Below the pieces are notes generated by a model. That model was not told the origin of the DNA. It did not search any database and saw nothing but the letters and a program-made list of their open reading frames with translations. Made by a program: the position numbers and the translations under genes. A stretch of DNA of 64,000 bases from Eledone cirrhosa (lineage: Eukaryota): assembly GCA_964016885.1 (NCBI GenBank), contig OZ024745.1:88102001-88166000 (forward strand), given 5' to 3'. This document shows positions 42,305 through 56,401 of this stretch, one piece after another (position 1 is the stretch's first letter; each line of letters starts with the position of its first letter).

Positions 42305-45300
42305 GATTTCATTTATTAGCCACAAGGGCCGACATGTAGGGGACAATACAAAGACAGGGACAGTGGGGGTTTACAATAAGGTCGAGTAAAAGTGCACAAT
42401 GGCAAGACTAATTTAACAATGAAAATATAAAAATATAAAATAAACTATGCATAAATATAACAAAATAAATTCCCCGATAGGGGGTAGAAGACCGTGGGGT
42501 GATTCGGGTACCCCACCAATCCTGAACCACCCTGCGCTTCTAGGGCACCCAGGAGAGCACCCCTCTCCTCAAGTTAGCCAGCCTATAGGCGCATGGTCAG
42601 AGTAGGCCCATTCACACGAGCCATTCTCGACACATTCACCCACCTTTTAGCAAATGTACTGGGGGGGGGGGGTATCACTTCTCTCTCCACCCTCACCCTC
42701 CTTTCCAGGTGAAACTTGAAGAAGTTGATGAGGGATTGGCCGAAGAGAAAAATGTCTGTCTTTAGTCCTTTCAACCTGGTCCACCATATAATCTCTTTCG
42801 CAGCTGCCACCAGACAGAGGAAAATGTCCTGCTCTTCCTGACCTAAGGAAGGTGGCGGCTCGATCTTCATTATGGACTCGGCCGATAGCCGGATTCGTTC
42901 CACACGCGACAGTAGCTGTTCGACATAACTCTAAAAGTCAGTAATGCACGGACATTGGACAAGTGCGTGCAGAATGGTTTCGTCGTTCTATGCGCATCTT
43001 GGGCAGGTCCGTCTGACAGCACTTCCGTGCCTGTAGAGTTTATCCCGAACCGGCAATGCCCCCTGGTAGCACTGCCAAGCGAGGGATTTCTGGAAATTGT
43101 CCATCGTCCCCGGCTCAAAAGTCCTCCGGTACAGACTGGTCAGTTCGATTTCGTCGAGGCCCAAAGCTTCTCCGAGTGCGTCATCGCACTTGCCCACCAC
43201 TAATCCTCTATAGAACTCGAGAGTGGAAGTTCCACTGATCGCATTGCCCGCTTGGTAGAGGGCAGTGAGTGCCTGGCAACATTCCAGGTGCTAATCACCC
43301 AGTCTCGGTCTCTTCTTGACCCAGGACTGCAGCTCAGTCAAAGAAATGAGCTGCGGAAAGGCCCGTCTGATAAACGGCGAGCACACCTGTTCACCATTCA
43401 GGCAGAATATCTGGAGATGTCGCAGCCTCAACGCATGTCTGCGCATCATTAGCCACGGCATGCCCAGCCCTCCGCGTAGAGGGTGCTGGCAGCAGATGGA
43501 CCGCCTCACCAACGGAACTTGTCCTCTCCACAAGAATTTGAAGAGGAGCCGTTCCAACTTGACGAGGCGCGGACGGGGGCAAGGCACGACGGTTAGGCGG
43601 TTGTAGATGACGGACTCGATGTACGCATTCGCCACCTCCGCGCGACCTTTCAGTGATAGCTTCCTCCCAGCCCATTTTTGGGTGAGACTGGCTACTCTGC
43701 TCGTTACCTCGTCCCAATTCTTTTCCACCTGGAGGTCTGGTCCGAACCAAACCCCGAGGAACTTTACTGGTGCGTCCGTCCAGCGCCCCACGACGCTGTT
43801 GGACGGCATGGGCTTGCCTCTCCAGGTTCCGAGCTGCAAGCCCAGCGACTTTTCCGCGTTAAGTTTGGCTCCTGTCAACCTTTCATATTCCTTCAATAAG
43901 GTGCCGACCACCTCGATTTCTGAGGTGTTCGACACCATCACGGTGATGTCGTCCGCATAAGCCGACACCGCCTTTCCACGTCCCGGTTCGAGCGGGATGC
44001 CCTGCAACAGCTCCAGCTTCCGCAGTAAAGGCTCGAGAGTCAATACGTACAGAAGGGAAGAGAGAGGACACCCTTGACGGACCGATCGGGAGAGCCGAAA
44101 TGTTTCCGAGAGGTGGCCATTAACCTTGACCACCGAGCGTGTGCCGCTGTGCATTGCATCGATCCAGCTTCTAAAGACAGGGCCCAAGCCAGCTGCTTTG
44201 AAGACAAACTCCAGATACCGATGGTCGACCCTATCGAATGCTTTCGACTGATCTAAATTGATCAGTGCCCCACCGAAGCCAGGTTTACACCATACCCTCT
44301 CTATGATGTATCGCATGAGGTGGAGATTGTCGTGTATGGACCTGGCTGGGATTGCGCAAGTTTGCGCCTCTCCAACCAAATTCTCGGCGACAAGCGCCAA
44401 TTTCTTTGCTAACACCTTGGCCAAAATCTTAAACTCTGTGTTGAGCAGAGTTATGGGCCTGAAATTGTCTAATGTATCCCTCTTCTTCTCGTCTTTCCTT
44501 ATCAGCGTCACCACTCCCCTGCTCACAGAACTGGGAATACTCCCATTCTGCTGCCAGTTACAGTAGAGTGCTTCGAGGAGATCGGAGAACAAGTCTGGCA
44601 TATTTACGTAAAGCTCGTAGAGCAGGCCATCCAAACCGGGTGACTTGCGCCTCATGCAGCCGACAAGGGCGTCCTGAATTTCGGCTGAAGTAATCGGCCT
44701 TTCGCAACGCTCAGCGTCGACCGTCGAGATTCACGGCAAGCCGTCAAGGTAGGGACTGAAATCCGCTACTCTCTCTGACTCGCCACTCTCCCTGAACAAC
44801 CGAGCAAGGTGCTGGCGAAAGGCCTCACACATCCGCTTGGAATCGCTTATCTCGTGTCCGTCTCGGTCCACCAAAGACCGAATTGTGGTTTTATTACCAC
44901 GCTGCGCCTCCGCCATGCGAGCCCATCGAACAGCTTTAGTTCCCTCGTTTCTCAGCGCACGTGCCTTAGCTCTGACAATGCAACCTTCGTGTTTGGCATT
45001 GAAGAAATGGTCTAATGCCATTCTCGCCGCTAGCACGTCAGTTGCGATGCCACTACAAATAGCCTCGTCTAACTTATCTACCAGCTCCCCCTCCTTTATA
45101 TTATTTTTCTCTAACGCTAGTTATTTGCTGTACTCTATCGAAGTTACTCTAATCTCTCTTTTGAGAGCCCCCCACCATCTGTTGTTGATAATCCCCCCTG
45201 TCAACTTTTGCTTAACTAAATTGTTGACTCGGTCCCTATAAGCCTTACGTGCCAGAAATGACATCTTCAGCTTCCAGTAACCCGGTCCTAACCTACGCGT

Positions 45301-46963
45301 TTTATTTAGGTCGACCGTACAGATCACAAATTTGTGATCTGAATAGGCGACCGTTTTAAAAAGTGGACAGCCCACACTATTTCTATCTATTTTCCTAATG
45401 AAGATTCTGTGTATATACGATCTAGATGACCCCATTCGGGTGGTCCATGTCCATACTGGCACATTGAGGAAATCTAGTCGATACCTGTCAGACAGTTGGA
45501 ACTGGCTGAGTAGGTGCTTGAGGCTTTTGCACCCCCTGCTCCTATCGGCTACTCCCACACAATCCCAGCGTGCGTCTAAGATGCCATTCCAGTCCCCCGC
45601 TAACAGTAAAGGGCGAGATGTACCCAGAAAGGTCTCCAGGCGCTTTAAGAAGTCAGGTCGTCCGGCCCCTGTAGGAGAGTAGACGGCCAGCAGTCTAAAG
45701 GCACCACCTTCGCTACTGCTCACATCCAAGACCACCAACTTACCGTCCGGGTCTCGAAAGATCGACCTTACCTCGAGATCCAGTCCTTTCCTAAACAGCA
45801 ATGCCATCCCACCTCCCATTCCCGGTCTGCTAACAGATGCGAAGATCTGATAGTCGTCGAAAATGGGGGCTAGTGCGCGCGTGTCGGAAATTCTGGTTTC
45901 ACTTACGGCAATCACATCCATTTCCAGCGACCGGAGGTCGTTGAGCAGGCGACCCTTCTTCCAGGGTGACCCCAGGCCGCGAACATTTAAACTTCCTACT
46001 CTTAATATGGCCATATTGGTAAGCTAAGAGAGAGAGAGGGAAGGTTTCTTACCTCCCGGGTCTTGTGAAGGTCGGGTGGTTCGACCTCCATGGTTGGTGG
46101 GGTTTCTTTTGGGAACCCCTTTATAAGTCTTGATGTGGGTTTCACATTCGGGTTTCCCACGTCTTGAGGAAAGCTCTCTCGAATTTCTTTGAAGGAATTG
46201 AGTGACATTCGGACCAGAAGCAAATCTTCTGGCACGCAAAATGTGCTCATTTCAAAAATCTCCCCCTCTGTTTGAATGTCCTCGCTTCGCGCTAAGAGGG
46301 CCATCAGGTATTTGTGTGTTTATTTGTACTTGTGTTTATTTAGGTTGTTTGCGTTTCGGGGATTGTGGAGGTGGTGTCCATGTTGCTGTTGGTGATGATG
46401 TTATTCGGGAAGTGTTTACGTTAGTGGTGTCTGTATTTTTTGTTGTGTGTGTTTTTGTGTTTTGTTGGGGCTTTTTTGTGAGTTTTCTCTGATTTTTTGC
46501 ACTTTGGGGTTTTCCTTCATCTTCACTGCTGGAAGACAAAGGGTCTGTGTCTGTGAGTGTCTCTGTGTCTGTGTGTGCGTTTATTGTTTTGTCTATGTGT
46601 ATAATTGGGGAGTGGGAGAGCTTTCCTCGTTTTCTCCTTGGATTGGTTTTGGTGTTGGTGGTGATCCGGCTGCTTTTGATGTTGGTGTCCGTGTTTTTGT
46701 TAATGTTGTTTTTGGTGGTGGTGGTGCAGCTTTCCGTGCTGACACTGGCGTTGGCAACAAAGGAGGTTTGCGACACCCTGCATTTTTGCGCTGAGGGCAG
46801 AGGGCTTGAAGATGCGTTGCTTCCCCGCAGACGAAGCAGCGTGACCTTCTTCCGTCAATCATTAGTTGGATTGTTGTCCCGTCCTGTAGGCGGGAAAAAT
46901 CCAGGATGTTATTCATATCCTCCGGTTTCATTTGGAGAAGAATCTCCAAATCCATTCCGGACC
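42305..46963 (-). mobile_element. Tx1/L1-clade LINE, subfamily A, 5'-truncated within ORF1 and disrupted
   Basis: ORF1 zinc knuckle CFVCGEATHLQALC. ORF2 APE at 45121-46014 (SLNVRGL, SETR, GDWN, YSDH). RT at 43291-44655 (KSPGLDG, DQSKAFD, VRQGCPLS, AYADD). C-terminal CPRC. Confidence 0.93.
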
Positions 46964-46979
46964 AGTAATAATAATAAAA

Positions 46980-47170
46980 ATAATTGTTTCTACTTTAGGC
47001 ACAAGGCCAGCAAATACACAGTGCATTACTGGTACTTTATTTTATCGACCCCGTAAGGATGAAAGGCAAAGTCAACCTAGGCAGGATTTGAACTCAGATC
47101 GTAAAGGCACGTAACTATGCTGGAAAGCATGGCGTCCGACTCTCTACCGATACTGCCAATCCACCGCCGT
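46980..47170 (-). mobile_element. SINE family 1, full length, between (AAT)n tracts
   Basis: Reverse complement of the 33175 copy from head to tail. Confidence 0.9.
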
Positions 47171-47202
47171 TTAATGATAATAATAATAATGATAATAATA
47201 AT

Positions 47203-50200
47203 GTTTTCTTTATTAACCACAAGGGTTTACATAAAGTAGTCATTAAGGACAGTACAGGACAATACAGGACGGTACAAATGGGCATTTCTGCGTGAAAAAA
47301 AAAACAGCGGATGAAATAAAATAACAAAGAAAAATTCCCCAATAGGGAGGAGACTTCCGAGGGACATTTGTGGAGAAAGCCCATTAAAAGACCACAGTGG
47401 CCCTGACCACCAGGGCAAGTGCCCTCTCCCAGTTTTCCACCTTTAATTTACAGACACATACTCAGAGAAGGCCCATTCATTCGGGCCATACTTGCTTCTC
47501 TCACCCATCTTTCAACAAAATGCTGGGAAGAGAGCACTTCCCTCTCTACCCTGATTTTCCTTTTCAAATGAAATTTGAAAAAGTTAATCAGGGCATCACC
47601 GAAGAGGTAAGTGCTCGTCTTCAGCCCTTTCAAACGTGTCCACCATACTATCTCTTTCGCCATGGCCACCAGACAGATAAAAACTGCCTGCCCTTCCCGG
47701 CTAAAGGAAGGGGGCGGGGCAATCCTCACGATGGACTCAGCTGATAGCTGGATCCGTCCTACACGTGACAGCAGGTGTTCGACATAAACCCACAAGTCAG
47801 CAATGCTCGGACACTGGACGAGTGCGTGCAGGACGGTTTCGTCGCCCTGCGCGCATCTCGGACATGCCCGGCTGACGGCACCTCCATGCCTGTAAAGTTT
47901 ATCCCGAACTGGCAAAGCACCCCGGTAGCACTGCCAAGCCACGGATTTCTGGAAGTTGTCCATAGGCCCCGGCCCGAAAGTTCTTCCGAAGAGATTGGCT
48001 AGTTGATTTTCGTCGACGCCTAGAGTTTCTCCAAGTACGTCGTCGCTCTTCCCCTCCACTAATCCCCTATAGAAAGCCAAGGTGGAGTTTCCACCGATCA
48101 CATTGCCCGATTGGTCGTGGGCTGTGAACGCCTGAAGACATTCCAGTCTCCAAGCGCTCCCTTTCGGTCGTCGCTTGACCCAGGACTGCAGCTCCGTCAA
48201 GGAGACGAGCTGGGGAAAAACGTGTCTAGCAAACGGCGACCACACCTGATCACCGTCGAGGAAGAGGTGGAGATGTCGTAGCCTGAGCGCGTGTCTGCGC
48301 ATCATCAGCCACGGCATGCCCAGCCCTCCACGTAGCGGGTGTTGACAGCAGATGGAACGCCTGACCATCGGAGCGCGTCCCTTCCACAAGAAGCGAAAGA
48401 GCAAACGCTCCAGCGCAGTCAGGCGGGGCTTAGGACAAGGTACGACGGTCAAGCGGTAGTAGATGACGGACGCGTTGTACGCGTTAGCCACCTCCTCTCG
48501 ACCTTTCAGGGATAGCTTCCTCTCGGCCCATTTCTGGGTGAGAGAAGCCACCCTGCTCGTCACTTCATCCCAGTTTTTGTCCGTCTGGAGGTCTGGACCG
48601 AACCAGACCCCTAGCAATTTAACCGGTCCGTCTGTCCAGCACCCGACGACGCTGTTGGACGGCATGGACCTGCCTCTCCAGGTGCCGAGCTGCAGGCCCA
48701 CTGACTTTTGCTGGTTGATCATTGCTCCTGTCACCGCTTCGTATTCTCTTAGTGTAGTACCGATCGCCTCGATGTGTTTGGCGTTCGACACCACTACGGT
48801 GACATCGTCGGCATATGCTGACACGGATCTTCCGCATCCTAGTTCGCGATCCAGCCTCTGAAGACGGGCCCAAAGCCAGCCGCCCTCAGGACTGCCTCTA
48901 GGTAACGATGGTCGACCCTATCGAAGGCTTTCGACTGATCTAAATTTATCAAAGACCCACCCGTGCCAGGTTCCCTAGCTACCCTCTCTACGATGTATCG
49001 CATGAGGTGGAGGTTGTCGTGGATGGATCTGTCGGGAATGGCGCATGTCTGTGCCTCTCCCACCAGACCACCAACGACAAGCGCCAACATCTTTGTTAGC
49101 ACCTTGGCCAAAATCTTGAACTCTGTGTTTAGCAGTTATGGGCCTAAAATTATCTATGTTATCCCCCTTGTTCGGATCCTTTCTCAGCAGCGCCACCGCT
49201 CCTCGGCTCACAGAGCTAAGAATTCTCCCGTTCTGTTGCCAGTTGCAGTAGACGTCCGCCAAGAGGCCTCCGAACAAGTTTGGCATTTGTACGTAAAGTT
49301 CATAGGGCAGACCATCCAAACCAGGCGATTTACGCCTTGTGCAACTAGTCATTGCATCCCGTACTTCAGCGGTTGTTATCGGCTTTTCGCAACACTCCGC
49401 CTCAGTGGCCGAAAGCCGCGGCAGTCCGTCGAGGTAGACACTAAAGTCCATCCCTCGATCCGGCCCGCCACTGCCCCGAACAGTTGAGCGAAGTGTCGCT
49501 GAAAAGCTTCACACATTTGCCCGGGATCGAGTAGCATGCGCCCGTCGTGGTCCACCAAAGACCGGATCGTGGCTTTGTTGCCACGGCGCGCCTCCGCCAC
49601 TAGGGCCCATTGAACGGCTTTCGTCCCCTCGTGTCTGAGAGCACGCACCCTAGCTCTGACAACGCAGCCTTAGTGCTTTGCATTGAAGAATTGGTCAATG
49701 GCCAATTTCACCGCAAGTACGTCGGTTGCGATGTCTTTGCTAAGCGCCTCATCTAATTTTCTAACTAATTCTCCCTCTGCTCTATTTTTCTCTATTGCTA
49801 AAGTCTTACTAAACCTAATGGAGTCTATTCTAATTGCTCTTTTCAGAGCAAACCACCACTTGTTGTTGACGATGGCCCCCGTCAACGCCCGCTTAACTAG
49901 TTCGCTAATCCGGTCTCTGTAGGCCTTGCGCGCTGGTAAGGACGCGTTTAGCTTCCAGTAGCCGGGTCCTCGTCTATGAAGCCTATCTAAGTCAAGCACA
50001 CAGATCAGGAATTTGTGGTCCGTGTAGCTGACTATCTTGAATTGTGGACAGCCTATGCTAGACCTATCTATTTCCCTACAAAATACTCTATCTAGATATG
50101 ATCTGGATGACCCTATGCGATTTGTTCAAGTCCACATTGGTACATTCGGGAAATCCATTCGGTACCTGTCAGACAGTTCAAAACGTCTGAGCAGGTTGGT

Positions 50201-52908
50201 GAGACTCTTGCACCCTCCTTTCCTATCCACTAATCCCACACAATCCCAGCGTGCATCTAAGATCCCGTTCCAGTCGCCCACTAACATTAAAGAGCGGGAC
50301 GTTCCAAGAAAGGTCTCCAGACGCCGGAAGAAATCAGGCCGCCCTACCTCCTGTCGGGGCATAGACGGCCACTAACCTGAAAGCTTGCCCGTCTCCGCTG
50401 GTCACGTCCAGCACCACCAACTTACCGTCTGGGTCCAGGAAGATGGCCCGTATGGCAAGATCCACACCTCTCCGAAAAAGCACAGCAACTCCACCCCCCG
50501 ATCCCGGACGGCTGGGAGATGCGTACACATCGTAGCCGCCGAAGATCGGTGCGAAAGCCTGTGCTTCGGAGATTCTGGTCTCGCTGATGGCCACTACATC
50601 TATGTTTAGTGACCTGAGGTCGTTGAGCAGGTGGCCCTGCTTCCATGACGACCCCAAGCCACGCGCATTTATGCTGCCTATTCTGAGTGAGGTCATGTTG
50701 AAAAGGAGTGGAAAAGATGGGAAAGACCACTTACCTTACTTCTCGTAGGGGAAGGACGGTTTTTCCATCCTTTTCACTGCTTGTGGCCTCCTCAGGAAGG
50801 ATGTCCTTATAAATCCTTCTGGAGAGTGCTTGTCGGAAGTCTCCGATGTCTTTGGGGAATTTTTGTTTTAGTGTCATGTACGTTTTCTGTGTGATGCGAG
50901 TGATTTCTATGTGTGGAGGTCGTGTGAATTTTGGGGTTGTTGTGTAGTCTTTTTCTGTGATGCTGGTGTTGTGTTGGATGTAGTGTAATAATTGCTTGTT
51001 GTTCAAATTTAATGCTGTGTAGTGTGTATCGTTTTGGTTGTTTTGTTTTGTTTGCGTTTGTTGTGGGTTTGCTTCTGTTTCGCTTTTTGGTGACTTTTGT
51101 GGTGTAGCTGATGGTGGTGTTGGGGTTAATGATGGTGATGGTGTTGGTGTTTGGGTTGATGGGGTTGGTGATGCTGGTGTGGATGGTGGCATATCTGTCC
51201 TAACTTTTTTGTTTCTTAATTTATTTGTTTCCCTCTGTATTTTGTTTTTGGAGGGGGAAGGAAGAGACTTTTTTCTTTTTTGGTTTCTTTTTTTTTCCGG
51301 ATATCGTTTCCCACTCCTCGTCGTCACAATCTGTCTCCAGTTGTGATAGGCCGGGGAGTGGAAAATCCTCCACAGCCGTTAGTTTTGGTTGTGGCGTGGT
51401 GGATGGTGTAGGCGCTGGTGCTAGTTCTGAAGCGTTGGGTGGTGGTGGTGTTGGTTTTGCTGGTGGTGGTGGTGGTGTTGGTTTTGCTACTGTTGCTGGG
51501 GTTGTTGCTGTTATAGTTGTTTCTGTTGTTGCTGCTACAGTTGTTGCTGCCATCTCTGCTACTGGTGGTGTTGATGGTTGTGTCACTGGGGTGGGTAGGA
51601 GAGGTGGCCTCAACCTTTTAGCCTGAGGGCAGAAAGCCCTTAGGTGGGTTCCTTCACCACAAACGACACACCTAGGTCTTCTGCCCTCGACAATTACCGT
51701 GAGGTGGCTGCCGTCAGTGAGGTCTATTACCTCTGGGATCTCCTCAATGCTTTTTTGGTCCGCTTGGATCAGGAGCTCCATCCCAGATCCGGACCAGTTC
51801 TCCTGCTTTTCTTTTGCTATTGCTATTATTTTCGTGTTGGCTTCGATGCCGGCGAGGACAACCGCTATTAGCCAGGGAATTTCGATGGCCGGTGGAACGT
51901 GGGTCACCCTGATCTTTACGAGTCTCTGGCCACAATAGCTTGGGACGAGTGTGAAGTCGTCACTTCTTAATGGGGCCATGGAGTGTTCTCTAGCCTCCTC
52001 TGGTGTTTCAAAGAACACGTCCACGGTTCCATACTTTTGCCCACGTCTGATGTGGGTTTTTCTTGCCCACACATGTTCCAAAGCTTTTTGGATTTGGGAC
52101 TCGGATGCCCGTTCCACTCGGCGCGATTTTACATTTATTGTTCTATACGACACGGTGCATAGGCGCCGATGCTCCATTTTATTAGGTGTGGGGGTGGGGG
52201 TGGGGGGGTGAGGCTGACCCTGTACCCATCTTTCTTTACCATTTGTTTGGCATTTTCTAAATCCTCCTGAGTTACCGTAAATGCTTCGAACTGTTTTGCT
52301 ACTCTGGCGAAACTGAGGGGGGTTTTTATAATGTCATTGTTGTTGTTGTTGCTATCGTTAATATTAATTTTAGTTTCAGCTGTGGTGGTGGTGACGTCAG
52401 TCGTCTTTGGTGGGGAAGAGTCCATTTTGCTTGATTTCATTTCGACATCGCGAGTTAATTTATTTTTTTCTTCTTTTGTTTCTGTTGTCGCGGTGGTGGT
52501 GGTGGTGGAGGCTTTAACACCTGCAGTCATTGGTAATGACGGGAAATGAATGTCTGCCTGAGACAAATTTAAAATATTGCTAGTGCTTATATTTTTTTTT
52601 GTGTTGGCAAACGTAGTAACATTTACAATGGTGGTGTCGGTGTGAGGTGTTAATTTGTGAGGAAGGCTTTCAGCTGCTTCGTGCAGAGGTGAATTAGCCA
52701 TTTCTTTCAAAGAAATTTTTTTGATAATAATAAAAGTTTAAATTTTGGGCACAAGGCCCCAATCTTTTTGGGTGTCCTTTTCGGAAAACAATGTATGTGC
52801 GCTTATAAACAGTTAACGATAGAATTTTCCATAAATGACAATTTTTAACAAACGGAAATAACAAACCTTTGCGGAGCTCACGATGATACGATTTACTACG
52901 TAGGTCGC
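47203..52908 (-). mobile_element. Tx1/L1-clade LINE, subfamily B, full length but frameshifted, with an about 175-bp RT deletion at about 48840
   Basis: 5' end gcgacctacgtag...gtgagctccgc. ORF1 pieces 52710-50731 with CVVCGEGTHLRAFC. ORF2 starts at 50696 (SINARGL, SETR) and runs through AYADD to 47448. (AAT)n on both sides. Confidence 0.94.
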
Positions 52909-52909
52909 A

Positions 52910-52998
<89 letters not shown>

Positions 52999-54080
52999 GA
53001 CTAGGAAGCTATTGACTATCTACAACATGTTCCACAAGAGGAGTGATGTCGATAGACTCTACCTAAGGAGATCTGAGGGTGGAAGAGGTCTTATCAGCAT
53101 AGAGGACTGTGTTCAGATGGAGAAAAACAACCTATACAAATACGTGACTATAGTAAGGAGCCAATGCTCAGAGCTGTACTGAAGGAGGGGACAGTAGGCC
53201 AGGGGATATCCAAGGAGGAAATAACATCAAGGAGGAAGAGCAGCCTTAAGGGAAAATCCCTTCATAGTACCTTCTTTGAGAAAACTGAATTTAGAGATCA
53301 ACAGACATGGAACTGGTTGAGAAGAGGAGACCTCAAAAAGGCTACAGAAGGAATGCTAATGGCTGCGCAGGAGCAGGCCCTCAAAACGAAGTGGTTGAAG
53401 CACCATATCTACAAGGAGGAGGCTAGCCCACTGTGCAGGATCTGTGGAGAGAGAGAGGAGACTGTGGCTCACATTGTGTTCGAGTGTAAACACCTAGCCC
53501 AGACCCACTATAAGGGCTGGAGACACGATGTGATGGGCAGGGTGATCCACTGGCACCTGTGCAAAGTAAACAATCTACCACATTCTGAGAAATGGTATGA
53601 GCATAGGCCAGAGGCGGTGATGGAGAACAGTCAGGTGAAGGTGCTGTGGGATTTTAGGATACAGACGGACAAAAAACTGGAACACAATAGACCTGACCTG
53701 GTGGTTGTGGACAAAGAAAAAAGATCGTGCCTGATTGTGGATGTGGCCTGCCCGTTCGACACGAGAGTGCAAGAGAAGGAGAGGGAGAAAATTAACCGAT
53801 ACCAGGACCTAAAGTGGGAGGTGAAAAGGATTTGGAACTGCCATGAAGTCAAAGTGATCCCGATTGTCATAGGCGCACTGGGGACTATCTCCAAAGGTTT
53901 CCAGGGATGGTTAAAGAAAATCGGCCCCTTCACGCTTTTTGGAACGCTTCAAAAGGCATGCTTGCTTGGAACAGCAAGAACCCTCCGATACGTCCTGAAT
54001 ATCTGAGGCTGCAGGTAGTGGCTTGATATTCAATCCAACGGACTTTCCAGTTAACCAACATCAATGACTGAGATTCAAGG
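52999..54080 (+). mobile_element. Dong/R4-clade LINE, 5'-truncated (ORF 53164-54006); second 3' fragment at 55776-56113
   Basis: RLYL.R.EGGRGL, AAQEQAL, CRICG..ETVAHI..C, RHD, WDF.IQTD..HNRPD..DV.CP, EK..RY, PIVIGALG. (TAA)n flanks. Confidence 0.92.
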
Positions 54081-54116
54081 AATAACAATAACAATAATAA
54101 TAATAATAATAATAAA

Positions 54117-55752
54117 TCCACTGTGAAGCAGTTCAGTGATGACATTAAAATGGAGTTTGGACTGGATAAATGCGCCAAAGCAACGTTCACCAGAGGAAAG
54201 GTGCTGAAGAGTTCAGACATTAATCTTGATCGGGGGAACGTGATAAGAGAGCTTGATCAAGAAAAAACTTACAAATATCTAGGTGTTTGTGAAGGAGACG
54301 GAATCAAGCACTCGACAATGAGGGAAGAGATAAGGAAGGAATGTTACCGCAGAGTCAGAGCAATCTTAAGAACGGAATTGAATGCAAGGAATAGGATCGA
54401 TGCCATAAACACGCTTGCCATACCAGTAGTAACCTACAGTTACAATGTCATCAACTGGTCAAGCACAGAGATCCGTAGGCTCGATACAAAAATCCGAAAA
54501 TTCTTAACCATGCACAGAATGCATCACCCTAAGGCAGACATAGATAGAATATATCTCCCTAGGAAAGATGGAGGACGTGGGGTTAATCCAGTTAGACATT
54601 GCGTTGAAAACTGCAACAATTGGATTATCCACATATCTAAGGGAATCACATGATTGGATGATCAAACTCGTTTTGAAACACGAAAGCACCAAAAGATCAT
54701 ATTCCATTACAAAAGATGCACAAAGATACAGTAATGGACTACAAATTTCAGAAGTCCCATTTACTGCTGAAATGGAAAACACAGAAAAAGCAAAGCAGGT
54801 AAAAGTAACTGCAAAGAAAGAACTGCTACAGAAACTGGCTAAGAAATGGCAAGAAAAGCCTCTGTATGGAAAATACCCAGAGCGAGCTAACAATCCTGAT
54901 GTTGACAAAACTTTAACCCATCAGTGGTTGGCATCCTCTGGACTGAAATCGGAGACTGAAGGACTGATTATATCGGCACAAGATCAGTGTCTGCCAACAA
55001 AAAATTACCAAGCCAACATAATAAAAAATGGGTGCAGCCCATTATGCCGTGTATGCAAAAAACAACCAGAGACCATTGGCCATATAATTTCAATGTGCAG
55101 TCCTATAGCTCCAACCGAATACCTAAACAGGCATGACAGAGCTGCACAATACATACATTGGATAATGTGTAAGCATTTTGACCTGCCCTATCAAAAGAAT
55201 TGGTGGGAGCATCAACCACCTCCCATACTTGAAAAAGATCACATCTCAATCTTGTGGAACTTTAGCATCCAAACAAACCGAAAAATAGATGCAAATAGAC
55301 CTGATATAATATTGAAAGACTTTCAAAGGAGGGTATGCCTGCTAATTGATATGTCTGTTCCAATAGACAAGAATGTATCTATAAAAACATTTGAAAAATT
55401 GAGCAAGTATAAGGACCTGGAGATAGAAATTGGAAAAATGTGGAAATTGAGAACTAAAACAATACCAGTGGTTGTAGGCGCTCTGGAAATGATACCTAAG
55501 GGGTCTAACGACTACTTATCGCAAATCCCAGGAAACCCGCGTATAGGAGAAATACAAAAGATAGTACTAATGGGAACTGCCCATATACTAAGGAAGATCC
55601 TGTCAATATAAGTACATCACAAGTCTAAACACTAAGGATGCATGTGTGAATATGTATGTTCTTTCTTGAAAATGGCGGACCTTGTTGTCTCTTGAGGTCA
55701 CTGGTTGTGACTTGGTGATAACTCGTATAAACATAAAGCAAGATAAATGCAA
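54117..55752 (+). mobile_element. Second Dong/R4-clade LINE family, 5'-truncated, one frameshift (ORFs 54123-54653 and 54568-55611)
   Basis: FSDDIKMEFGLDKC, YKYLG, HPKADIDRIYLPR, AQDQ, CRVC..ETIGHI..C, RHD, NRPD, EKLSKY. (TAA)n flanks. Confidence 0.93.
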
Positions 55753-56119
55753 ATAATAATAATAATAATAATAAGGAAAAAAGATCGTGCCTGCCCATTC
55801 GACACGAGAGTGCAAGAGGAGCAGAGGTAGAAAATTAACCGATACCAAGTGGGAGTTAAAAAGGATTTGGAACTGCCATGAAGTTAAGTGGTCCCGATTG
55901 TCATAGGCGCACTAGGTACTATCCAAATGTGTTTCCAAGGATGGTTAAAGAAAATTAGTCCCGCCGCGCTTTTTGGAACACTTCAAAAGGCCTGCTTGCT
56001 GTGAACAGCAAGAACCCTCCGATACATCCTGAATATCTGATGCTGCAGGTAGTGGCATGATATTCATTTCAACAAATTTTCTATTAAATAACGTCAATGA
56101 CAGAGACTCGAAGAACAAC

Positions 56120-56149
<30 letters not shown>

Positions 56150-56152
<3 letters not shown>

Positions 56153-56335
56153 TGTTTCTACTTTTGACACAAGGCCAGCAATTAACCAGTACATTACTGG
56201 TACTTTATTTTATCGACCCCGTAAGGATGAAAGGCTAAGTTAACCTCCGCGGGATTTGAACTCAGATCGTAAAGGGACGTAACTACGCTGGAAAGCATGT
56301 CCGACCCTCTACCGATACTGCCAATTCACCGCCCT
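56150..56335 (-). mobile_element. SINE family 1, full length, between (AAT)n tracts
   Basis: Same consensus as 46980-47170. Confidence 0.9.
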
Positions 56336-56338
56336 GTG

Positions 56339-56400
<62 letters not shown>

Positions 56401-56401
<1 letters not shown>

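Noticed and set aside
50697-50745. GTAAGT splice-donor-like site plus pyrimidine tract at the Tx1 ORF1/ORF2 junction (also near 46050 and 60090)
   Set aside because: Explained by the codons for ...EVR and the stop codon; the implied intron (about 29 nt in subfamily A) is too short.
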